DNA of 64,000 bases, taken from positions 24,438 to 88,437 of the forward strand of contig JBGAGW010000009.1 of assembly GCA_044226545.1 (NCBI GenBank), in the 5' to 3' direction. The notes under the pieces were generated by a model. The model did no database searches. It saw nothing but the letters and a program-made list of their open reading frames with translations, and was not told the origin of the DNA. This document shows positions 55,114 to 63,501 of the stretch, in pieces; position 1 is the first letter of the stretch, and every line of letters starts with the position of its first letter. Source of the stretch: Limisphaerales bacterium (GTDB taxonomy: Bacteria; Verrucomicrobiota; Verrucomicrobiia; Limisphaerales; SXQI01). The position numbers were made by a program, and so were the translations under genes.

Positions 55114-56586
55114 ATGCGGAATTCATCTCAGGACTCTAAAGAGCGCGCTGAGGCCAGACTTCAGTCTTCCGCAGAAAAGCTGGCTCGGCTCGAAGGACTG
55201 GCGGATGCACTGCCAGTCTTGATCTCGTATGTCGACCGTGATTTTCGTTACCGCTTCAATAATGCGGCCTATCGCCGCTGGTTTCATGTTAGTAAGGCCG
55301 CGCTCGCAGGCAAACATGTGCGGGAAGTTTTGGGCGAGGAGGCCTGGCATGCTCTTAAACCGCATATGGCGGCAGCCCTCAAGGGCAAGCACCGGAGCTT
55401 CGAACAATCCATTCCATACAAAACGTGGGGCGTGCGGAATGTGCAGGTGAATTACGTCCCGCACCGAGAATCCTCGCGTAGGGTGGCCGGCTTCTACGCG
55501 CTCATTCGCGACGTCACGGAAGAAAAAAAGTTGGGCGAGGATTTGAAACGAAGTGAGGCCAGGCTCGCACGGGCGCAAAAGACTGCGCGGATCGGGAGCT
55601 ACGAACTGGATTTCACGCCGGGCGCAAAGTCCCATTGGTCTGGACAGGCCTTGCGCCTGATCGGTCGGCAAGATTCCGGCTTAACCCCAGAGTCATATCT
55701 CCGCGAGGTGATCCATCCTGTGGACCGGGACCGCGTCCTACAGGCCGAAAGGAACGCGCTCGACACCGGGGCGGCTTACCGAATGGAATATCGCATTCGC
55801 CGGCCCAATGGCGCCGTGCGCTGGATGCAGTCCAATGCGGAACCCAAGCGCAACGGGACGGGCGAGTTTGTGGGCCTATCCTGCACACTGCTCGATATTA
55901 CCGAGCGCAAACGGCTGGAGCGAAGCATCGCCCAAGTGGCCGAGACGGAACAACGGCGCATCGCGCGCGATTTGCACGACGGTTTGGGACAGTTGCTTAG
56001 TGGGACGATGCATCTCGCTACAGGTTTGGCAGAGCGTCTCCGCGGGCAGAATCCGTCTCTTCGGACGGACGCTGCGCGTGTTGTCCAATTGCTGGAGGAG
56101 GCGCTTGCGAAGACGCGACAATTGGCGCATGGGCTTTATCCCGTTCGCGCAGAGTTGGGTGGGCTCAACGCGGCTCTTCAGGAGTTAACGCAGAGCGCCG
56201 AAGAGCTATTCCGAATTCAATGCAGGTTGAGGATTGTGAACTTGCCGGCGGTGCGTAACCAGACCGCTGCCACCCATATCTACCGTATCGTTCAAGAGGC
56301 CATTCAGAATGCGGTGCGACATGGCAAATGCAGTAAAGTCTCGGTCTTTCTCGGCGTTCGCGGGACGACGGCTATCCTTTCGGTGCGCGACGATGGCATG
56401 GGGATTCGCAAAGGGCTGCCTCAGAGCAGCGGAATGGGCCTTCAGATCATGCGTTCGCGTGCCGGAATTCTGGGAGGTGTTCTATCCTTAGCGAGTCGGC
56501 CCAAGCACGGGACACGCGTCGTTTGTTCGTTTCCGAAGGCAGTTCTAATCAATAACACGGAGGCAACCGATGAAAGAACCTTCTGA
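55114..56586 (+). CDS. Cytoplasmic PAS-PAS histidine kinase (HisKA_3)
   Basis: Two PAS domains; EQRRIARDLHDGLGQ; DDGMG, GMGLQIM; GGAG RBS before 55114. Confidence 0.93.
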   Translation: MRNSSQDSKERAEARLQSSAEKLARLEGLADALPVLISYVDRDFRYRFNNAAYRRWFHVSKAALAGKHVREVLGEEAWHALKPHMAAALKGKHRSFEQSIPYKTWGVRNVQVNYVPHRESSRRVAGFYALIRDVTEEKKLGEDLKRSEARLARAQKTARIGSYELDFTPGAKSHWSGQALRLIGRQDSGLTPESYLREVIHPVDRDRVLQAERNALDTGAAYRMEYRIRRPNGAVRWMQSNAEPKRNGTGEFVGLSCTLLDITERKRLERSIAQVAETEQRRIARDLHDGLGQLLSGTMHLATGLAERLRGQNPSLRTDAARVVQLLEEALAKTRQLAHGLYPVRAELGGLNAALQELTQSAEELFRIQCRLRIVNLPAVRNQTAATHIYRIVQEAIQNAVRHGKCSKVSVFLGVRGTTAILSVRDDGMGIRKGLPQSSGMGLQIMRSRAGILGGVLSLASRPKHGTRVVCSFPKAVLINNTEATDERTF

Positions 56587-57271
56587 TCAACACGGAAATC
56601 CGAAGCGGATCTTGATTGTGGATGATCATCCCATTTTTCGTGAAGGAATAACCCAGACGATCAACCGCGAACCGGGATTGATGGTCTGCGGCGAAGCATC
56701 CAATGCCCGGGAGGGATTGGAGATGGTCGAGAAGCTAAAGCCCGACCTGGTGGTGGTTGACATCACCCTGCCGGGGAAAAGCGGCCTGGAATTGATCAAG
56801 GATTTGCGCGCGCTGCGGCCCGAACTTCCGCTCTTTGTTTTATCAATGCACGATGCTGCGGTCCTTGCCGAACGCGCGCTCAGATCCGGAGCGCGGGCGT
56901 ACGTCATGAAGCATGAGCCGCCCAAAAGGGTGATCGAGGGGATCAAGAGGGTCTTGAATGGGCAAATCTTCGTCAATTCGCACACTGCAGACCGAATCAT
57001 TCTTTCGTTCGCCGGGCAAAGGGGCGTTAAACACTACTCTGCAGTCAGTTCGCTCAGCGATCGGGAATTCGAAGTTTTCCGGCTGCTCGGGCGTGGTCAC
57101 GACACGGCAACCATTAGCCGTGAACTTCATCTCAGTCCCAAAACGATTGCCGTGCACAAAGCCAACATAAAACACAAACTCGCGGTAAGTTCGTCTGCTG
57201 AGCTCATCCGACTCGCGGTGCATTGGGAGTCGGAGCCGGGGCACCGCGCGGATTTGAAGCAAAAAAATTGA
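56570..57271 (+). CDS. NarL/LuxR family response regulator
   Basis: IVDDHP, DITLPG, LSDREFEVF, LSPKTI; overlaps the kinase. Confidence 0.95.
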   Translation: MKEPSDQHGNPKRILIVDDHPIFREGITQTINREPGLMVCGEASNAREGLEMVEKLKPDLVVVDITLPGKSGLELIKDLRALRPELPLFVLSMHDAAVLAERALRSGARAYVMKHEPPKRVIEGIKRVLNGQIFVNSHTADRIILSFAGQRGVKHYSAVSSLSDREFEVFRLLGRGHDTATISRELHLSPKTIAVHKANIKHKLAVSSSAELIRLAVHWESEPGHRADLKQKN

Positions 57272-57366
57272 CGATATCCAAAGCGCGGGGCCAATTTTGC
57301 ATTCAGCGAATTATCGATGTGGTAGGTGTTGCACATTTCGTAGCCGTTTTTTTTCAAAACTTAGTT

Positions 57367-59151
57367 ATGCAAATCGTTCGTTACCTGAGCGTCCTCATAC
57401 TCGTTCTCAATGCCGCAAGTGCTGTCCAGATCGCGCGCGAAGGAAAGGCCTTGGTCGAGATTGTTATTGCGCCTGACGCGCTCCCGCCGACGGAACGCGC
57501 CGCCACCGAGCTTGCACAGACGTTGCAGTCCATCACGGGTGCGACCATTCCAATCTCCCGGGTTGAGCATCCCGGCGCGGCCGTTTTTGTCGGAAAGAGC
57601 GCGGGAGCCTTCGCGGCCTTTGGCGAGATCAATGATTTGCACGAGGACGAGGTTGTTCAAAAGACGAGGGATGACAAACTGTTCTTGATGGGTGGCGGTA
57701 CGCGTGGCGATCTCTACGCGGTCGCCCGCTTTCTGCAAGAGCAGTGCGGAGTGCGTTGGTGGACGCCCTGGGCCAGCAAGATTCCGCCTGACGCCAACCT
57801 GAGCGTCTCTCAGATCGATAGGCGCTACTGTCCTCCGTTTGAGTTACGAGAGCCGTTTTGGATGCCGGCCTTTGCCTCGGTCTGGGCGATCCGCAATGGC
57901 TGCAACGGACAAAGTGCGCACATTCCGCCGGAGTTGGGCGGCAGCGTGCAATACAAGGGTTTCGTCCACACCTTTTATCCCCTGGTGCCGCCCGCCCAGC
58001 ATTTTGATGTTCATCCGGAATGGTACAGCTTGATCAAGGGCAAGCGCACGCATGATCGAGCTCAGCTTTGCCTGACCAATCCAAAATTGCGCGAGTTCCT
58101 CGTGGAACAAGTGAAGCAATGGCTGCGCGAAAGCCCGGAAGCGCGCATCATTTCCGTCTCGCAGAACGATTGGTATGGCGCCTGCGAATGCGACCATTGC
58201 CAAGCGCTCGATGAACGGGAGGGAAGCCACGCCGGAACCATGCTCGACATCGTCAATTATGTCGCCGCGCAGATCGAAGAAGAATTCCCCAACGTCTCAG
58301 TCGATACACTAGCTTACCAATACACGCGAAAACCACCCAAGACGCTGCGTCCCCGAAAAAATGTGATTGTGCGTCTCTGCTCGATTGAATGCAATTTCCG
58401 GGAACCGCTCGAAAGCGCATCCAATGCCGCCTTTGCGGACGATATCAAAGGCTGGGCGGCGATCACCGACCGCTTGTACGTGTGGGACTATACGACTGAC
58501 TTCTCGCACTACGTCCAGCCGCACCCGAACTGGTTCGTGCTCGGACCGAATATTCGTTTCTTCCAAAAGCACAATGTGCGCGGCATTTTCGAGCAGGGCG
58601 CCTACCAGTCGCATGGTTCGGAGATGGCGGAACTCCGAGCGTGGGTTCTCGCGCAACTGCTTTGGAACCCGGCGCAGGACGACCGCGCGCTAATTCGCGA
58701 GTTCCTGGAAGGATACTACGGAGCCGAAGCCGCAAAGCCAATCAGCGACTACCTCACGTTAATGACCGAGGCTAGCAAGCGTTACTATCTCACTTGCTTT
58801 TCCCCGTCTGATGCTGGTTTTCTGAACCCGTTGACAGTCGCCCGATCCGAAAAACTTTGGAGCCGGGCGGAAGCAGCCGTGCAAAACAATTCGGACTTCT
58901 TAATTCGCGTGCGCCTCGGTCGTTTGCCGTTGAAATACCTGTTGCTCGCGCGCTGGGACGACTTCCGGAAACAAGCGGCGGACGCGGAGCTAAAGTGGCC
59001 CGTGGTCGACGCGAAAGAAACGTTCGCGCGGGAGTTCCTTGATCTCACCAAAGGCCAGGCGGACAAACCGTGGACCATTGTCACCCGCCTGAATGAAAGC
59101 GGGCTCACTCCTGACAAGTTCGTGAAACCAATCCTCTCGGAAATGAAGTAA
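57367..59151 (+). CDS. DUF4838-like secreted protein
   Basis: GVRWW.P, HPEWYSL, QLCLTNP, SQND...CEC..C, TLAY, VWDY. Confidence 0.85.
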   Translation: MQIVRYLSVLILVLNAASAVQIAREGKALVEIVIAPDALPPTERAATELAQTLQSITGATIPISRVEHPGAAVFVGKSAGAFAAFGEINDLHEDEVVQKTRDDKLFLMGGGTRGDLYAVARFLQEQCGVRWWTPWASKIPPDANLSVSQIDRRYCPPFELREPFWMPAFASVWAIRNGCNGQSAHIPPELGGSVQYKGFVHTFYPLVPPAQHFDVHPEWYSLIKGKRTHDRAQLCLTNPKLREFLVEQVKQWLRESPEARIISVSQNDWYGACECDHCQALDEREGSHAGTMLDIVNYVAAQIEEEFPNVSVDTLAYQYTRKPPKTLRPRKNVIVRLCSIECNFREPLESASNAAFADDIKGWAAITDRLYVWDYTTDFSHYVQPHPNWFVLGPNIRFFQKHNVRGIFEQGAYQSHGSEMAELRAWVLAQLLWNPAQDDRALIREFLEGYYGAEAAKPISDYLTLMTEASKRYYLTCFSPSDAGFLNPLTVARSEKLWSRAEAAVQNNSDFLIRVRLGRLPLKYLLLARWDDFRKQAADAELKWPVVDAKETFAREFLDLTKGQADKPWTIVTRLNESGLTPDKFVKPILSEMK

Positions 59152-59169
59152 AAGCTTGAAGTGGGGAGA

Positions 59170-59246
59170 TGGCGCGTCCGGTAGGACTTGAACCTACAAC
59201 CATCTGATCCGAAGTCAGATGCGCTATCCAATTGCGCCACGGACGC
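59170..59246 (-). tRNA. tRNA-Arg (TCG)
   Basis: Minus strand GCGTCCG..TCTGA-CTTCGGA-TCAGA..GTAGGTTCAAGTCCTAC-CGGACGC-G-CCA. Confidence 0.98.
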
Positions 59247-59257
59247 CCAATGATGAT

Positions 59258-59315
59258 CAAGCACTTATGAAAGTGCTTGCAGAGTTTTTATACTCTGTCC
59301 TACCCTCTGTCCTAC
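59258..59315. repeat. Putative att-arm region: dyad plus direct repeats
   Basis: CAAGCACTT-ATGA-AAGTGCTTG (59258-59279); CTCTGTCCTAC twice (59293, 59305). Confidence 0.65.
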
Positions 59316-59337
59316 TAGTCAATACAGAGGAAAGTTT

Positions 59338-60459
59338 ATGGGATTTAACCAAACCGAGCCAAAATCGTACAAATGGGAACAGGTTGTTAACGCTGACGGG
59401 GAACGCTCCAGAGGGCTTTGGAAACGGGGAGAAACGTTTTACTGTCAGTGTCAAACCCTCGATCCCCAAACCGGGAAAACCGAAGTCAGACGACACCGGC
59501 TTGAAGGTGCCCGAACGGAACCGCAAGCCCGAAAGCTGGCGGCAGAGATTAAAATAAAAGCCGCAAATGGCGAGATTTACAAAGTGACAGGCTCGCCTTA
59601 CTTGGGCGAGTACATCGAGCACTATCTGGCGAACTGTCACAAAAGCGACATTACCAAAGTTAACGAAAAAATCTACCTGAATCGGTGGCTTGCTTGGCTC
59701 GGGAATGTTCGCCTGTCCACAATCACAACCGCACAGGTTCTTTCGTACCGCACCCATTACTTGACCAAAGAGCAACTCTCCGCCCATTCCGTCAACGTCC
59801 AAGTTTACGCACTCAAATCGCTTCTGAAATTGGCGAAACAGGAGGGGAAAATTGATGAGATGCCGACGCAAGGAATCATTCGCCTGAAACACAAAAACAA
59901 GAAGAAAGAATTGTTGTCTGTTGAGCAGGTGGAATCGATCATTGCCACCGCCGAAAAGGAATGCCCTCGCACGGGCAAACAGTTCTCCGATTACGTGAAA
60001 GTTTGCTGTTACTCAGGGGGACGGGAAACCGAGGTTCTCAACCTTCAATGGTCACACATCCATTTTGATACCGAACTGATTGAATTTTCGTACCTCACCA
60101 AATTCGACAAGACCCGATTCGTAAATTTTAATCCGAAGTTGAAGGCTCATCTTTTGGACATGTACGCCAGACGGAACCAAGACAGCCCATATCTGTTTCC
60201 CTCGGGACGGAACAAAGGGAAACCAATCTCCAGTTTCAATACCGCAATGCGAACGGTTGAAACCAAGATCAACCTCGATTTTTCAGACCATTCCTTTCGC
60301 CATTATTTCGCCTCAATGTGCGTAATGAAGGGCTTGGATTTTATGACCATCTCCCGTTGGCTTGGACATGCCGACGGCGGGTTATTGGTCGGAAAAACGT
60401 ACGGGCACCTGAACAATCAACACCTGAAGGATGCCGCCAACAAACTGACGACCCTGTAA
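59338..60459 (+). CDS. Tyrosine recombinase/integrase
   Basis: Catalytic R (SGGRETE), K (TKFDK), HSFRH, LGH, Y (TYGH); GAGG RBS. Confidence 0.95.
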   Translation: MGFNQTEPKSYKWEQVVNADGERSRGLWKRGETFYCQCQTLDPQTGKTEVRRHRLEGARTEPQARKLAAEIKIKAANGEIYKVTGSPYLGEYIEHYLANCHKSDITKVNEKIYLNRWLAWLGNVRLSTITTAQVLSYRTHYLTKEQLSAHSVNVQVYALKSLLKLAKQEGKIDEMPTQGIIRLKHKNKKKELLSVEQVESIIATAEKECPRTGKQFSDYVKVCCYSGGRETEVLNLQWSHIHFDTELIEFSYLTKFDKTRFVNFNPKLKAHLLDMYARRNQDSPYLFPSGRNKGKPISSFNTAMRTVETKINLDFSDHSFRHYFASMCVMKGLDFMTISRWLGHADGGLLVGKTYGHLNNQHLKDAANKLTTL

Positions 60460-60613
60460 AACCCATCACAATCGAACGGGAAGCCCTCTACGGAGATTTT
60501 TTCATTTTTGGGGATTCGTCACAGGGTCAAACCTTGCTCAAATGGAAATTTGTTCTTTCACCCGCTTGCTTTTCACCGAGGGTTTCCCCTACCGTTAATC
60601 AGGTTTCAAAAAA

Positions 60614-61237
60614 ATGCTTGAAGCTCTGAAATGGCCTTTGTCGACGCTTGCCGGTGGGATTTTTGTCTTTCTAATCCTACTCTGGAGATTTCCCAATGAA
60701 ATCAAAGCACTGCTCCAGCGGTTCAAAAAGGCTGGAATGCTGGAGTTTAGCACCACCGAGCAACAAAAACAACCCGAAGCCCTGCCGCTCACCAAGCATG
60801 AGGAATTGATGAGAGCGTTTGATAGCCCCATGCTACTAGCCTTTGAAAGTAAAATTAAATCGGACCTAACACAACGAGGAGACCCAGACCCTCAAAAGCA
60901 GATCGATGCTCTCGTTAGACACCTTGCGGTAGCGAACATCAGGGCAATTTTCGAGCGACTTGCACGGCTCATTTTCGGTAGTCAATTGGAGTTGCTGATA
61001 CATCTCAACTCCCGTTTCGAAGGGGAAACTCCAAGTGACCTTAAACATTATTATGATTTAGCGGCTGTGGCATCTCCGGGACTGTATAAGGATTACTCGT
61101 ATGACCAGTATCTTGGCTTTTTAAAAAGCAACAACTTAGTTCAGGAGATGGGAGGTCGTCTCTATGTCACCGACATGGCAAAGCAGTTTATGACCTACCT
61201 GATTCAAACAGGGGATACCGCTCCACGCCCCCACTGA
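60614..61237 (+). CDS. Membrane-anchored cargo protein with C-terminal winged-helix-like region
   Basis: N-terminal TM; YLGFLKSNNLV....LYVTDMAKQF. Confidence 0.75.
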   Translation: MLEALKWPLSTLAGGIFVFLILLWRFPNEIKALLQRFKKAGMLEFSTTEQQKQPEALPLTKHEELMRAFDSPMLLAFESKIKSDLTQRGDPDPQKQIDALVRHLAVANIRAIFERLARLIFGSQLELLIHLNSRFEGETPSDLKHYYDLAAVASPGLYKDYSYDQYLGFLKSNNLVQEMGGRLYVTDMAKQFMTYLIQTGDTAPRPH

Positions 61238-61248
61238 AAAATGGCACT

Positions 61249-61663
61249 TCAAATCTTCAGGAATTCCTCAAAGTAATATTTGAGTACGTCTTGCGGTTCT
61301 TCAAAGTGACCCTCAAAAACCTGTTTGCTAACCGCTTGGGCGTATCCACCAAGCAAATCCTCTTGGGTTAATTTCGAGTATTCCTCCCATAATTTTTCCA
61401 ACCGCTCCTTTTTTGCACCTTCGAGAAACAATGAGTATTCGAAAATGGCATCACGTAAACCCTCTTTCGTTTGATTGAAACCAACCCAAATGAGTTGAGA
61501 CTCCCTAAGACGGGCATCGGTCAACTTTACAACTGTACGAAATTTGAACTTCGCATCCCCGTAGCAGCTTCTTTTCGTTCAGGCGCCAACCGCTCCAGAA
61601 TCCCAAAACACCCGTTATGACCGGCATCACCACTGGTATCAACTGACTCCATTCCTGCCGCAT
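61249..61663 (-). pseudogene. Frameshifted TM-anchored helical cargo protein
   Basis: ATG 61663 gives MRQEWSQLIPVVMPVITGVLGFWSGWRLNEKKLLR; deleting one base of the C4 run (61557-61560) joins it to the 61249-61524 ORF. Confidence 0.6.
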
Positions 61664-61695
61664 GAAAATGTTTTATCGAAAATGCTGGATCGTTG

Positions 61696-61747
61696 AAACA
61701 AAGAAAACCCCGAAGCGTCCTAAGTTCACTTCGGGGTCTCTTGTTTT
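61696..61747. terminator. Terminator at the end of the small-ORF operon
   Basis: ACCCCGAAG/CTTCGGGGT stem with A-rich left flank and T-rich right flank. Confidence 0.7.
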
Positions 61748-61767
61748 ATGGAAGCGGGAGGGAAATT

Positions 61768-62043
61768 TTAGTTGATGAAAATATCTCTTTCTTTTCCGAT
61801 CAATCGCAGTGGCATCACTTCAAGCATAGAAAGAATTTCCTTTTTGGTCGGAAACTTAATCGTTGCTTGTGTTATTTTGGACCTCACCAGACCTTCGTTT
61901 GACTCAGGGGCATGAGTGCTTGCGTACTGTATCGCTTCGAATCGACTGACAAACGCTTTTTGGAATTGCCATCCTGCATGAGGTTGGGTCTTGTTCCAAG
62001 TGTTCCAATACACAATGAATGCGGTTAATTTTTTTTCGCTCAT
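61768..62043 (-). CDS. Small phage-like hypothetical protein
   Basis: 91 aa; AGGCGGTGA SD-like motif upstream. Confidence 0.7.
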   Translation of the reverse strand: MSEKKLTAFIVYWNTWNKTQPHAGWQFQKAFVSRFEAIQYASTHAPESNEGLVRSKITQATIKFPTKKEILSMLEVMPLRLIGKERDIFIN

Positions 62044-62089
62044 GGTGTCACCGCCTTTCTCGCTTCCTCGAAACTTTCACCGCCTAAAG

Positions 62090-62251
62090 TCAAAAGGATT
62101 GCACGCTGTCAGGGTAAGGAGGTTGACCGCCACTTTTCAAGGTCAATGGTCCGCCCCACATTTGCCAGACCGCTCCAGTTTTCTTCTCGTACCAAAGATG
62201 TACTCTCTGATCCCCTTGAGCGTCCTCTTTCAAATACTTAAATCTTCTCAT
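62090..62251 (-). CDS. Small phage-like hypothetical protein (53 aa, not in ORF track)
   Basis: MRRFKYLKEDAQGDQRVHLWYEKKTGAVWQMWGG...; ATGA overlap with the upstream stop. Confidence 0.6.
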   Translation of the reverse strand: MRRFKYLKEDAQGDQRVHLWYEKKTGAVWQMWGGPLTLKSGGQPPYPDSVQSF

Positions 62252-62496
62252 ACGATGCCCTTAACCTCCACAGTGGAAGTTCGGAAATTGGTGTGGATAC
62301 GCAGTCCTGAGCCGTCTTTGAACAAATAGGTTGCTGAGTGCCAATCCTCTCCAGTGCCTAATATAGACGATTCCCGAGACACTTTCACTATGTCAAATTC
62401 CGAGAGTACGTCTCTGTTTCGAGCCAAGAGGCAACAGACCTTATACCCTAGTGGATGAGTAATAACATTTGCGAACCATTCCGCTTGAGTGCTCAT
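62248..62496 (-). CDS. Small phage-like hypothetical protein
   Basis: MSTQAEWF start, 1 nt after the upstream stop; AAGGCGG SD-like motif. Confidence 0.65.
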   Translation of the reverse strand: MSTQAEWFANVITHPLGYKVCCLLARNRDVLSEFDIVKVSRESSILGTGEDWHSATYLFKDGSGLRIHTNFRTSTVEVKGIV

Positions 62497-62497
62497 G

Positions 62498-62737
62498 TTA
62501 AGCCACCGCCTTTCCGAGCGAGACAACCGACGTGTAGATTGGATTTCCGAACGGACCGTGACTGAGTTCCGCCCATCCTCCCTCGTGCGGAACAAGGTTC
62601 CGTCCTGAATTCAACGTAACTTTGTCGTTTGAAACTTCTGTTACGAAATCCTTAATAATCCTCGTCTTTAGTTTACCGCCAATGATCGGTGCGACCTTGT
62701 CGCCAATGTTGAGTTGCTTCTTGTATTTGAGACTCAT
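62498..62737 (-). CDS. Small basic SH3/KOW-like hypothetical protein
   Basis: LNIGDKV motif; TAATG overlap and AGGAGG SD. Confidence 0.7.
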   Translation of the reverse strand: MSLKYKKQLNIGDKVAPIIGGKLKTRIIKDFVTEVSNDKVTLNSGRNLVPHEGGWAELSHGPFGNPIYTSVVSLGKAVA

Positions 62738-62976
62738 TATGCCGCCTCCTTTTGTGCTTCTCCGATTTCGACCAAATATTCTTCAAGTTTTTGGCTGGCT
62801 TCGAATACGTCACCACACGATAGGGCGTCAATCGCATCCACAAGGGGACCATCTTCGTCATCCTCTTGGATGGTTTCCAATATCCCTTGGATGTCCTCTA
62901 TTTTGTTGCTGATTTCGTCAAGCGCAGTGATTGCAGTCTTGATCTCCGTTATTATATCTCTTTTGTTCAACTTCAT
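62737..62976 (-). CDS. Small highly acidic protein
   Basis: 79 aa with 21 D/E vs 7 K/R; first gene of the leftward operon. Confidence 0.72.
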   Translation of the reverse strand: MKLNKRDIITEIKTAITALDEISNKIEDIQGILETIQEDDEDGPLVDAIDALSCGDVFEASQKLEEYLVEIGEAQKEAA

Positions 62977-63225
62977 AATGGTGACGTTATATCAGGAACC
63001 GCCATTAAAGGCGAGGAAACAACTTCACTATATTTCACTCAGGCGAGATCGCTTGGTACAGTTCTACTGCCTCACAGGAAATTTTATGGGAGCTAAGTCC
63101 AAAGGGCGTATTGAAAGGAAATTTCCAATCAACAAAGAAAGTGCGGCCTTCACGTTAAAATAAGTGGTGATTAGTCAGGAATCCTGATACATATAAGACA
63201 GATAGTTTTCATCTATTTCGTCAAA

Positions 63226-63258
63226 TCCGACTCGGGCAACTGAGTCGGACCTTTTTTT
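63226..63258 (+). terminator. Intrinsic terminator upstream of the replication module
   Basis: TCCGACTCGG-GCAA-CTGAGTCGGA followed by T7. Confidence 0.75.
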
Positions 63259-63308
63259 ATTTCGAGAAACCGCACGTTTTCCAAAACGACAACATACTTA
63301 TTGTTACT

Positions 63309-63479
63309 ATGAGGACCAAAAACGGAATTAAACGAGATCAGCAACGGCGGTTCATGGCGAGGAAACGAGCCATGGGCTGGAAAGCAATACAATTTATCTT
63401 ACCACCCGAGGTCTACCAACGGGTTGTCGATTACAAAGGCATTTTAATGGCTGAGTACAAAGCAAAACAATTAACCTAA
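63309..63479 (+). CDS. Small basic RHH-like DNA-binding protein (56 aa)
   Basis: QQRRFMARKRAMGWKAIQFILPPEVYQRV: basic helix, beta strand, helix. Confidence 0.55.
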   Translation: MRTKNGIKRDQQRRFMARKRAMGWKAIQFILPPEVYQRVVDYKGILMAEYKAKQLT

Positions 63480-63501
63480 ACCTTGAAAGGAAGACGAAAT
63501 A

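Noticed and set aside
57347-57354. T8 tract upstream of the DUF4838-like gene as a phase-variable promoter spacer
   Set aside because: No convincing -35/-10 pair brackets it at a workable spacing.
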